Shown: one piece after another, positions 23,943 through 34,645 of the stretch | How positions within the stretch are numbered: position 1 is the stretch's first letter | How the letters are laid out: each line of letters begins with the position of its first letter | From: Sarea resinae | Lineage: Eukaryota | Direction: 5' to 3' | NCBI GenBank assembly: GCA_026026165.1 | Contig: JAPEUD010000117.1 | Span: forward strand, 1 to 42,185 | DNA length: 42,185 nt | Position numbers and translations under genes: made by a program | The notes under the pieces: model-generated | The model's input: the letters and a program-made list of their open reading frames with translations, nothing else | Told to the model about the DNA's origin: nothing | The model's database searches: none

Positions 23943-25070
23943 TTACCCCTCTTCAATCCAGGTTTCTTGACCAAGGCCGCTCATCACGAGAGGTGTATTC
24001 TTCCTCGCAGAGTATCGAACCCCGAGACTAAATCCCTTGGGGATCTGGAGCGTATGGGGGCCGACGACATGCTCTTCTAGCTGTAAATCCGTACTGTCTC
24101 CCTCCTGCGGTTCGATATTTGACGCCGATGCCCACGATCCAAACAAGGACGGATAGACGCCGACGCAGCTGATGTTTGGATTTGACGTGCAAGCTTTGAT
24201 GTATTCTATATCAACAGGTGAGTCAGCCCGAGAGAGCCAATCAACGATCTTGATAGCTCCCTTCAACGACACAGCAACGCCATAAGAACAGACTGCCTCT
24301 GCGTTTTCATAGACCAGACGTGTCTCGTTGAATGGATGCTGCTCTCCCGTCGGCTGACCACCAAACGCAAATTCTTTCTCTCTCCTAGGTACGGTGGGAT
24401 CGTGGTAGGTATAAATGCGTCCAGAGCCTTTCCCGGGATAGGCGCCGCAATGACCCAACCAGAGCATATCCCAATTATCTCCGTAAGGGGATGATGGAGC
24501 CTTGAAAGAAGAGACATCTCGGGCATGGCGAGGAGGAGCAAGAGCCGGCAAGTTGGAAATTTGCTGCACGCCCTCAGCAAGCAGAGGCATACTGTCCTTG
24601 ATTCGAACGTCCCAGTCAACGTCACTCTCGACAATGAGAGCGGTTGCAATGTTCTCTTTAATCATTGTCTTCATCGCTCTCATATGACTCATCAGACAGC
24701 CCAGTTTTCCCGAGCTATGTTCCGAATTAGTTTCGTCGAGATAGGGCGGAGGGCGTTCATCCACGGGGACGTCGACGCCTCTAACGGCGTCGAACAGGGT
24801 AATATTGATGTCTGATGCCCTAGCTGCAGCTAGAAGCGGCTGTCGTCTGTCTTGTCGCTCCGGTAGGGAAAGGTAGAAAATCTTCTGGAATCCCAATGTG
24901 GAATTCTGGACCGAGTTCTTGGCGCTGCTTCTGAAGCGTGCACGTTCGAGGTACGGTTGAGCACTGTCTAGGAGCGGTTGTGCAGTCTGTACGACTGAGT
25001 CTCTCCATAGCACTAGAAAGAGTAAGGCCATGAATACGGCCAACGCGATGTTGTGTTGTTTCAGTGCCAT
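23943..25070 (-). CDS. Glycosyltransferase family 25 (fungal type), type II membrane protein, intronless (375 aa)
   Basis: N-terminal TM anchor (IALAVFMALLFLVLW); NSTLGFQKIFYLSLPERQDRR, GCLMSH, ALIVESDVDWD, SPYGDNWDMLWLGHCG and RYSARKN motifs typical of fungal GT25 proteins. Confidence 0.88.
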   Translation of the reverse strand: MALKQHNIALAVFMALLFLVLWRDSVVQTAQPLLDSAQPYLERARFRSSAKNSVQNSTLGFQKIFYLSLPERQDRRQPLLAAARASDINITLFDAVRGVDVPVDERPPPYLDETNSEHSSGKLGCLMSHMRAMKTMIKENIATALIVESDVDWDVRIKDSMPLLAEGVQQISNLPALAPPRHARDVSSFKAPSSPYGDNWDMLWLGHCGAYPGKGSGRIYTYHDPTVPRREKEFAFGGQPTGEQHPFNETRLVYENAEAVCSYGVAVSLKGAIKIVDWLSRADSPVDIEYIKACTSNPNISCVGVYPSLFGSWASASNIEPQEGDSTDLQLEEHVVGPHTLQIPKGFSLGVRYSARKNTPLVMSGLGQETWIEEG

Positions 25071-25164
25071 TTCGGCAAGCAGCTATGTCTCCTTTGGAGG
25101 ATGTCAACAGCAGCACTTTGAAAAGATAGTCAGCATGCTGTGAAATTACCGCAGAATTTGATCA

Positions 25165-26776
25165 ATGGCAAACGCAGACAGCCAGAAGATTGACGACCAG
25201 AACTTACTAGACTATCTGAGATGAAAGTTCTACAACATTTGGAGATGCCTAGGGCTTCGGCTGCAGCTGGTTTTGACTTGACAAATCAAAGAACTTGACC
25301 CTTCGGCCAGGATAGGATGAAGGTGATAAACATGAAGAACATGCAGAAGGGAAATTGTAAAAGAGAGGGACAGAAAATCAATAGTCCAGCGTGGCGGGAT
25401 ACGCAGAATTCAAGCAGCTGAGGTGGAAGGATTGGGGGCTGGCGAGACTACAGCACCTCTACGACTTTCTCTCCAGATACGAGCCGTGGACGCCTGACAA
25501 CGGTATTGGGCGAGCATGAGGCCACTCTGGTAGAGAGCGCCATTTACAGACAACATAAGCGTTTTGGAAACGAGCCGATTCAAGAATAAAGCCGTCGTTC
25601 GATCTCTCATCTAGTTCAGTAACCTGTCCATGGAGCTATTTGTGAACCATCTCTCGCAGCGAAGCTCGCATGATGATGATATTCAGGGCTGTCGACGGAT
25701 CAAAGTTCTCCAAACTTTCCTCATGCGGCCTACTTAATCTTACATAGCTGGAGCGCTATAGAAGGAATTGCCATACTGAACTTGATCGGCCGACTTTTCT
25801 CTATACAGGCTGAAGAGGATTTGCAAGCCCTCAGTAAACGAAAGCGGCGTAGGTATGTAGCCCGTGTCAGGCTTCTTGTCTTAGACAACCTAGTGTGCTT
25901 TTCAGCTTCGTACCTCCAGCTGTAATGACCTTACCGAGCCATCTGTACGAAGCCGAAAGGTCATTTAACAATTCAGGCCGTTCACGCGTTAGGTTCACGC
26001 GGTGAAATGTTCCTAGGTGCATGGATATGAAGTACCTACATAAGCTCTCCCATGATCATGTACGCCCGGTAGTATTAGCTAGCCTTTTTGGCCTCAAATT
26101 GAACTCGACTTTCACGTGCAGAAGTATCTTTTCATGCAAGACTACATCTGCCATGTTCTATGGATCAATATTGCAGCAAAGCTATCCTATACAGTATGCA
26201 GAATGCAATGATACCAGAAGTTGCACCAAAGTCAGTTGGGAGACTGCCAATATAAGGAAATTATAGGGTATGTTCATTAGAGTATTCAGTTTAAAAAAAG
26301 CGGTTCTGCCGTGAGAAATGCCTGGCAAAAAGGCTTGGCTGTCCAGACAGTCCAAACAGCCACTCTATAGGAAGTAGATAAAGCATGCGACACACAATTA
26401 GAAACCAGGGCATTATACCCATGCAATGCCTGATCTTAGAGAGAGTGAAGCTTCGTCTATAAGTCCAAATAAAAGAGTCCGCTTTAACATGGAGCAAATA
26501 GATCGTTTTGATATGTTTTTCTTATTATCTGTGGCTTTTGGCTACGTCCTTCTACCGCATTGCCTCCACTACCATTCAACAATCTTATCAGATTTGAGAC
26601 GCGGCGAAGACTATACTGCCTTGCCCAAGATATCCTCGTATCAGATGCTCTCAAGTGAACCGGCCTCATTCTCGTTCGAAAGTAAGAAGTATAGAGACAG
26701 GGCCTCAAGTCTATCCATAGGGACCCCATCGCCATTGACCCATTCCACCCAGCCATTAGATGCTACTGCTATGTGA
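25165..26776 (+). pseudogene. Possible decayed multi-exon gene of unknown family
   Basis: Protein-like segments bounded by splice-like signals, e.g. 25385-25502 (SSVAGYAEFKQLRWKDWGLARLQHLYDFLSRYEPWTPDN, then GTATTG..TACAG), a TACAG..GTATGT exon near 25809-25852, and ORF 26426-26776. Frames are interrupted by TAG/TGA/TAA. No family recognised. Confidence 0.25.
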
Positions 26777-26987
26777 TTCCCTCCCGTTTCACGATTCGAG
26801 TCTAGTCTAAATGTGCCGCCCATCAACTCAGAGAAAATCATCATGTAAATAGGACAGTGAGTCTCAGTGATCTATCCGTCAATCACCAAATCGGGGCAGG
26901 AAAGGGTAACGTATGCCCATGCTTCATTAACGATTGGTGGGGAAATCCAAGCACAGAAGAGAGCTGCAAAAGCCTAGGCAGGAAATC

Positions 26988-29600
26988 CTAAAAGGCCCCA
27001 GCATCTTTCAAAGTCGCAGCTAAGCGCTTATAGTCTGCGAGTAGAGAGTCAACGTCGCGAATCTTCAGCTCAGACGCGTTCTCAACGTCCAAGAAACGCT
27101 GGATAGGCGCGGAAGCCTTGATCGTGACTGTTGGCTAAATAATAGATACTGATCAGCACATATTGGGATGGATGGGCATTGATAGGTGGGGAGGTGGGAA
27201 GGAAGTAATTACCGTAGCAGGAGCGCCAATAATTCCTTCGGAGGATTGCTCAGTGGCAGGTTTTGAGGAGTCAGGGGTATGCTGTGCTTTCGGTTTCTCG
27301 GCAGAGCCTGGAGCGGGTGAGCTGCTTTGGCTTCTGCCAAAACCCCGCATCATGTTCATGCCAGCGAAGCGGTTTAGAGGATTTAACGTGTTTCCTAGAC
27401 TGCGCATTGATTCCACTGCTGGGTTGGATGGAGCTGGTGCAGGACTAGTGGCTTGCGGCGTTGTTGGGGTTGTGACTTTTTCTTCTGACAGAACTCTCTT
27501 GCTACCGCTGCCACCACTCCTGGCACTGTCGACGCTTCGGTCTCGGGTTCGCTCACTCTTGAGATTTGAGTGCCTGTCGCCAAAGTCTGCTTCAGCACCA
27601 TCAGCTTGAACCTCAATTCGCTCCATAATGGAGCTTGCAGCACTCGTCGTCTCGTCATCTTCCGTAGGGCGACTGGGGTTGACTAGTTTACGAGCATCAT
27701 CGAGCGTCTTGGGTACAATGACCCCGGTGCGGCCATCGCCATTGATGCCGGCCACTTGTTGCTCTTTGAGCCGGCCGAAGAGGAACTTGTAGCTATTTTC
27801 CAATGTATTGCTGATGTTCTTAAAGCTTTGATCAGCGGTATCCATGATAGCATCACCAGCGGCACTGAACGGACTGGAAGATGGCTGCAGCAGGTTGCTA
27901 AGACGACGAGGGTGGAGCGGAGGACTAGGTGTCGGGAATAACGAGGATGATGCTGGCGATGATGAAGTCGGCTTAAGCGAAGTGTCCGCGTGAGTGTTTA
28001 TCGAGGTTGCAATAGCTGGAGTTGTGGCGGCTGGAGATATGGGACCGGCTGACGATTGTCCATGATGGTCGTGCTCTGTCCTTTCTATCCTCGGCGTTGG
28101 AGGCCGATTGCCGGATTTTGGTGGACCTTCGAGTGTTTCGTCGGCTCGCAAGCTCGCAAGATCAACAGTCTCAAGGAACGTGATGGCAGCTTCGAGATTC
28201 GTAAGGCAGTACGCGGCTTCCCCGTCAACTTTGCTGACCGACCGAAACCTTTGAATGAATAAGAGATTGCTGATGACGTTGATGCCCTCGGGAGGCGTTG
28301 TGATAAGTGTGTAGATCAATGTGGGCAAGATCTCGTCTGCAGATGAGGATGACGGATAGAAATGCGAGAGCGTCTCGACGATGCTCTTGTGTGCCTGCGT
28401 CAAATGATAGAGCTTGCCAAGCGGATATTTCTCGTCATTCATCTTGATCAAGCCCTCTCGAGCCTTAGCTAGGTAATCTCGCATCTCTGCTTCCTTCAAG
28501 CCTTCTTTCCCGGATTCTCCCGAGGCCGAGTCCACGTCAATTCCAAGCTCCTTCAGACCAATCCCCACCACTGACAATGCAGCAGTTCTAGATCGCAATT
28601 TTTCGTCCCTCTCTTCATCCTGGGTACTTCGATGCCTCCATATCCGGTCATAGACCCCTTCGCAAGCTCTCTTCTCTACAGACTCCTCCAACCCAACCCT
28701 CTTGTGTTCCAGCCGTTTTCGTGCTCTCCGCCTATCCGCAATCTCCGTTGTGGTGAGCATTTGCTGCTCCGGAGCATGACCTCTTGGAGATCCTTGCTTG
28801 TCTTTGGTGGTCAGAGCCATCGTCTTGCTGGAGCTTCGAGAAGAGGCCGACGGGGCTGGAGACTTCTCCCGCCGTTGCCTTGATGAGAGAGTCATAATGT
28901 GTGTAGAGATGTGGGACGCTGCACGGACGTAGAATTCCTGAAACCTGTCGGAAAGTCTGTCTATCGATGGGGGTTTGGGATAAACTTTCGCGTTCAAAGA
29001 GTCGATGAACCTTGTTCTATGTCAGCATCAGTTGTCAGAAGCGCGGCACAAACAAGAATACCTATCCGTCAAGCTCATGAGTTCGATAGGAAGATCTTCG
29101 AAGCGATCTGACAGTCTCAGATGGTAGCCAGCCGAGCCTGGCTCGTCTTCTGCATGACCATCCTCACCATCAACGTCCTTCTTGACGAAGATATCATCGT
29201 GTTCTGCTCTCTGTTCATTCTCCGGGGAAGACGGCAGCTTGTCAGGCAACATCACCTCGGGTATCGTTCCAGGCTGCAGCGTGCTGGCTCGATTGCGAGA
29301 TAAGGGGCTCGGGCTGGAGGGCTCAAGGCGAGAGAATGATTTGGAGATATGAAGTGGTCGCGGCCTACGCTGATCCCGAGCTACGGACGATGGTGAGCTC
29401 GGAGACGGAAGGAGCGCTTCTAGACAGGTGAAGATATGGTCAGCTTCATGCAGTAACAGAAGCATATCTAGCTACCTAGGTAGCTAGTAGGCAGAGAGCA
29501 TCCAACAGTCCCTCCAGAGCTTCTCGATGACGGATATTTCGACGACATGAGGAGTCACACGCCAACCAGAGCATCAAATGCATCTCGTACCTTGAGACAT
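26988..29600 (-). CDS. VPS9-domain Rab5-family guanine nucleotide exchange factor (Muk1-like); exons 29600-29591 (or alternatively 29548-29476), 29419-29062, 29010-27213, 27134-26988 (770 aa with the 10-nt first exon)
   Basis: VPS9 motifs SADEILPTLIY, ISNLLFIQRFR and GEAAYCLTNLEAAITFLE; C-terminal RFLDVENASELKIRDVDSLLADYKRLA helix; introns 29011-29061 and 27135-27212 keep the frame. The first exon is uncertain. Confidence 0.88.
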
Positions 29601-30529
29601 GTTGTCCTGATATCACAGGACCTCATACGCATCCGTCTTTGGAAGATGATGAGGACAAGAGAGCGGAAGATAGCTCAGGTGCTCACCACATCCACAACAA
29701 AACAGCGAAAATGGAGCACAAGGACGATGTCCAAAGGACGATGGCCGACATCAGCAGAGGATAGGCAACTCCCTATCTATTTCGGATGACTGGCATCGCA
29801 AGGATCACGATGAGTTTCGACCTCTCAGGTACGAGCGGTTTCGAGGTCGTTACTCGATTGATACGGGGTACCCAAGGTAAGGTGGAAGGTACCGTAGATA
29901 GAGTACTGCCGCAGTAGTATTCCCGAGTACTCTGTACCTGAGTCAGTCCAGGCCAGAGGCGATAGCACTAAGAACTGATTCCGGAGACGGGGAACTAGGA
30001 CTCCGTAACGGAGTTGACAGTACTTGGGCTCCGCGCTCGGTTGTACGAGGTGAGAAGTACTTGTACTTCAAATGGCCCATAATCAACAAGAGTCTGTTGA
30101 CTAAGGTACTGCAGTAGGTAAGGTACGGTATGGAAGGCATCTCCTATCAGGAGGACTTCCGTCCTGTACTGTACGGAGTACTTAGTGCCAAGTACTGCAC
30201 GAGGATCATGGGGTCTCGGCAAATAATGGCTTAGGTTCAATCATGGAGTCACTCGTCATCCGTCGCTATCGTCACAACCGCCTTACCCTACGACGCTTAT
30301 CCTTATCCCACCGCTCCCAACCTCCAGTCCGTGAACTGGTCATTGATCGCTATCCGCGCCACGATAGTACAGACATCCTCATATATTGTTTCTCTCAGGC
30401 CCAACAGAGCTCTTTACGTTTCATTCCAACCGTGGGGGCCTGGCCCTCATGCTGCGGCCTCGACTTCTCTGAGGTAGTTCAACACTGAGCCCGAGTATCC
30501 AGCTCGAGCATCTTCTCTACCGATCCGAT

Positions 30530-32535
30530 ATGGTTGCCCACCTCTCAACACTCAAGAAAGGCCGGTTGATGAGCAAAGGGGCCGCATACCTTCTACTAGC
30601 TTTCCTGGCCGCGGCCACTTTTGTTCATGCGTCAACAGAATTAGACACAGATGCATCTATCAAAGATGCCGATACTCTGCCGGCCTTACCAGTGATTCCT
30701 CCATTGGGCGGGCCAGATACCTCCCCAGGAGTGCTATCCGGAGACCATGATTTCGTAAGGGCCCATCTAGCTCATCAGAGCTGTCGAACAAGAAGCTGAC
30801 CATATTGTTCATGTAGACCTTGCGACACGTCTTTCATCATGGCACCTACAAGCATCCCCGCCTCCATAGGCGAATAGACATCCATCCCGAGAGCCAGGTA
30901 TGGACAGCGATGGACGAGGATGACACACCTGTACCTGCCACTCCGCTCCATGCTCGATCGACATCTACGAGCGTACAACGCCTTGTGGACAGGCGAAGAA
31001 CAACGATCGAGTCTCTCCTCACGGACGCACGGATGAGTGGCACTGCAACTGTTTTGTCTCCCTCAGCTTGGACTATCGATGACATTAGAGGCCCAAACGT
31101 GACAGACAAGGAGACCGTACTCAGCTTTGCGAAGATGGCTGCCAACGCATACGTCCAGGAACCTCACACTGGCGAGTGGGAAGATGTTGGTGGAGGCTAT
31201 AACTATACCGAGGACTTCGGCTGGGAGGGTGACGGACTTCGGGGCCACATCTTTGCGGACACTGCCAACTCAACTGTAGTCATTGGGCTTAAAGGCACGA
31301 CTCCGGCCGTGTTCGACGGTGCTGAGACGACTACGAATGACAAAGTCAACGACAACCTATTCTGCAGCTGCTGCTGTGCCCAAGGCGGCCAGTATCTCTG
31401 GAAGCAAGTGTGCGACTGCTATTCAACGACATACACCTGTAACTCGACCTGCCTGACTAGGGCTCTGAAAAGTGAAAATCGGTATTACCAAGCTGCCCTG
31501 GAACTATATTCGAACGTTACAGAGTTATATCCAAACTCTGACGTCTGGCTTGCCGGCCATTCGCTTGGTGGGGCCGTAAGTAGCTTGCTTGGGCTGACCT
31601 ACGGATTGCCCGTCGTCACTTTCGAAGCTTTCGGAGAAGCACTTGCTGCATCACGCCTTGGCCTCCCATCCCCGCCAAGCTCGATCCCAGGGCGTCCACA
31701 AACCAGGAAATTGACAGGAGCATATCATTTCGGTCATACTGCCGATCCGATATACATGGGTACTTGTAATGGTGCCACCTCCGGTTGCACACTTGGTGGC
31801 TATGCCATGGAGAGCGTGTGCCATACAGGATCCGAATGCATCTATGACGTTGTGGAAGACAAAGGATGGAGGCCAGGAATTGGGAACCACAGGATCCGAG
31901 TGGTGATCTCGCAAGTCATTGAGGCGTACGATCACGTTCCGGAATGCAAGCCCGATTATTTGTGCGTTGACTGTGCCAACTGGAAGTTTTTTGAAAGCAA
32001 TGGATCCGAGACTACGACCTCGAGGACAAGCACCGCTTCATCCACGTCGACTCGAACAAGCACCTGCAAGACGCCAGGTTGGTGGGGCTGCTTGGACGAG
32101 AGTACTACTACCGGTATGACAACGTCGACGTCAGCTACTACGACCACGACCGAGACTACGACGACGACTACCTGCGAGACTCCTGGCTGGTTCGGCTGTA
32201 AGGATTCAACGTCCACGACAAGGTCGAGCTCTATCACAAAAACGACTGAAGTCTTTACCACCACAACGACAGCGTTGGCTCCAACTCTAACCTCTCCTCC
32301 TACCCTGCCTACTTCCAGTCCAACATCTTCCTCCACACAGACCTGCACTTCGAAAGAATGGTTCGGCCTGATTTGTGTTGACCCGTCACCCGTTACCACG
32401 ACAGCATCGAGCTCGCCAACGGCATCAGGAGGAGATCATGGCCGGCGGAAAGAGGATTGTCTCCGTCGAGGATGGCTGGGAACATGCCTGAAATGGCGTG
32501 AGAGCGGCGATCAAGATTGGAAAGATGAGATATAA
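30530..32535 (+). CDS. ATG15: Atg15 vacuolar lipase (autophagic body breakdown); exons 30530-30754 and 30817-32535 (647 aa)
   Basis: N-terminal hydrophobic segment; [36 protein letters not shown]; lipase GxSxG motif [19 protein letters not shown]; Ser/Thr-rich tail; intron 30755-30816 (GTAAGG..GCTGAC..TAG). Confidence 0.95.
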
Positions 32536-32924
32536 CAATGTGTTTGAAATGGAGTTGCACTGGAGCCTCGGTTTGTGACTGCACGCGCGCATCGAGGTTT
32601 TTAGTATTTGGTTTTCGTAGTCTCTGGAGTCTCGTTGGGGTTTTAGCGGCGCATGCATGGCTGTGTAACTTTCGTATGCATCATGTCACGGAGACAGAGA
32701 GGAATGCATATGCAACGACGGAGTCTGGGAAACCAAGGAGAGAGAATCATTCAAATCTATCCCATCTTGATCACTCGTTAGCTACTGCGTCTATAACAAT
32801 AAAGCATAATCACTTGATCCACTTGTGCAGAAGCTGCTGGAATATGGTATATCAATCATTACGTAACGTCTAAGAATAAGGTAGTCCAATATCCCATCTA
32901 TACCGCCACGAATACAACGGACGA

Positions 32925-34454
32925 CTAGATCAATTTTAATTGAAAACCCGCCCCTGCCTCCTCATCATCCCTTCCGGCAAAGATGCCACTGAAATCCACG
33001 GCCGACCCCTCAATCTTCGGCGCGTCTCCTCTCTTGGGTGCACTCGGACTAGCGCGTTTCCGGCGCTTCTCCTGGCCCGCTTTGGAGGGAAAAGTCGGAA
33101 ACATGGCGGTGGGTTTGGGCTTAGGATCTTCTTTGAAGTAAGGGTGGGCAAGCACTTGCGTGGCTGTAGGTCGATGGGCCGGATTTAGGGAGAGGAGTGA
33201 TGTTAGAAGTGAGGTCCCGGAGGTTGTTAGGAAAGGGAATTTGGAACGTATTACGTTGCCCGTACTGTTGGGGGTTTAGTTGGGTGGCTTTTGATATTTA
33301 AGTTGGGGCGACTTACGTTTGCTGGGTGCGTGGTAGACGCAAGGATTTTGCATTTGGGAGTCTTTTGAAGCCCGGCCATGTCTCTTCGGTGGGGATACCA
33401 CAGAGCTCGAAGATCTTGGACAATTGATCCACTTCGTTCTTGCCCTGGAGCAAAGGCTCCTTGGTCAATAGTTCGCCAAAGATGCACCCGATACTCCACA
33501 TATCGATCTCAGGGCCGTAATTTTCGGCGCCTAGCAGCAGCTCTGGAGCGCGATACCAGAGTGTCACCACCAGCTGTGTCATCTTCGGTGGCGGGTCGCC
33601 GCAGTACCGCGCCATACCGAAATCGGCGACCTTGATTTGCCCGCGATTGTTCATAAGGAGGTTGGAGGTTTTGAGGTCGCGGTGCACGATCCAATTACTG
33701 TGGAGGTGTTCGGTGGCAGATACGAGTTGGAGCAGGAGAGTTTTTATCTCGGAGGGGAGGAAGGGCTCGGCCATATCTTCTTGGAGTGTTTTAAGATCGT
33801 GTTCGAGGAAGTCCATCACGAGGAAGACACTGTTGGAATATGATCAGCATGGAAAAGTTCTGGCTACTTCAAATAAAAGGGGCAACGATTTCAACATAAG
33901 AGGAAGCAAGCTCACTCTTCTAGACTATCCCCCATTACTATCTCTCTGAGATTCACCACGCTCGCATGCCGAGATTCCATCAATGTCTGTATCTCACGTA
34001 AACCAGTGACCGGAAATCCATCGTTTGCGTTTTCCATCTTTAACTTCTTGAGCGCCACCACCTCTCCCGTAGCCGTCTCCCGCGCTCTTGAGACCCATCC
34101 ATAAGATCCTTCCTCTATGTGATTTAGTCTCTCAAAATTGTCCACATGGCGACACGGTCCCCATTCAGGAGCTGGGAATCTCAGTACTCGCGCGACGTGT
34201 AATTCATTATCGTCTTCGGCACCAGGAGAAAGCTTCCGCCGCTTAATCGGACGGTTGGAACTTTCTTCCGCCGATCCATTCTGGTCTGCGTTTCCGGCAG
34301 CAACTTGTTGTTGGCGTCGTAGCTCGGATTCTTCGAGTTTGCGCTGCTTTTCGGCCTTTACCCTCTTTCTCTCCTCCTTTTCCCGCTTGCGCTGTGCTTC
34401 CACCGCTGCATCCTCTTCGTCGTCTTCCCATCTAGATTTGCCCTTGCTCGCCAT
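32925..34454 (-). CDS. CDK11: CDK11/PITSLRE-family cyclin-dependent kinase; exons 34454-33916, 33829-33317, 33264-32925 (463 aa)
   Basis: IEEGSYGWV G-loop, VALKK, PVTGLRE (PITSLRE variant), HRDLKTSNLL, DFGMAR, TQLVVTLWYRAPELLLG and the C-terminal MFPTFPSKAGQE motif; introns 33830-33915 and 33265-33316 are canonical. Confidence 0.93.
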
Positions 34455-34645
34455 CGTTGGAGGTTGGCCTGCGCCGGCGTGGTGGTGATTCTGGCACTGT
34501 GCTCTGCGAACGTTCGGGATGTAGAAGTACAAGTCGACGGATTTTAGTGCGAAGCTCCGCGCGAGCGCGGCGCATCAACATCCTAGATCAATAGTTGTGG
34601 CTATTGTTACCAACATGTCACGATAGCGCTTATAGGGCTTTAGAG

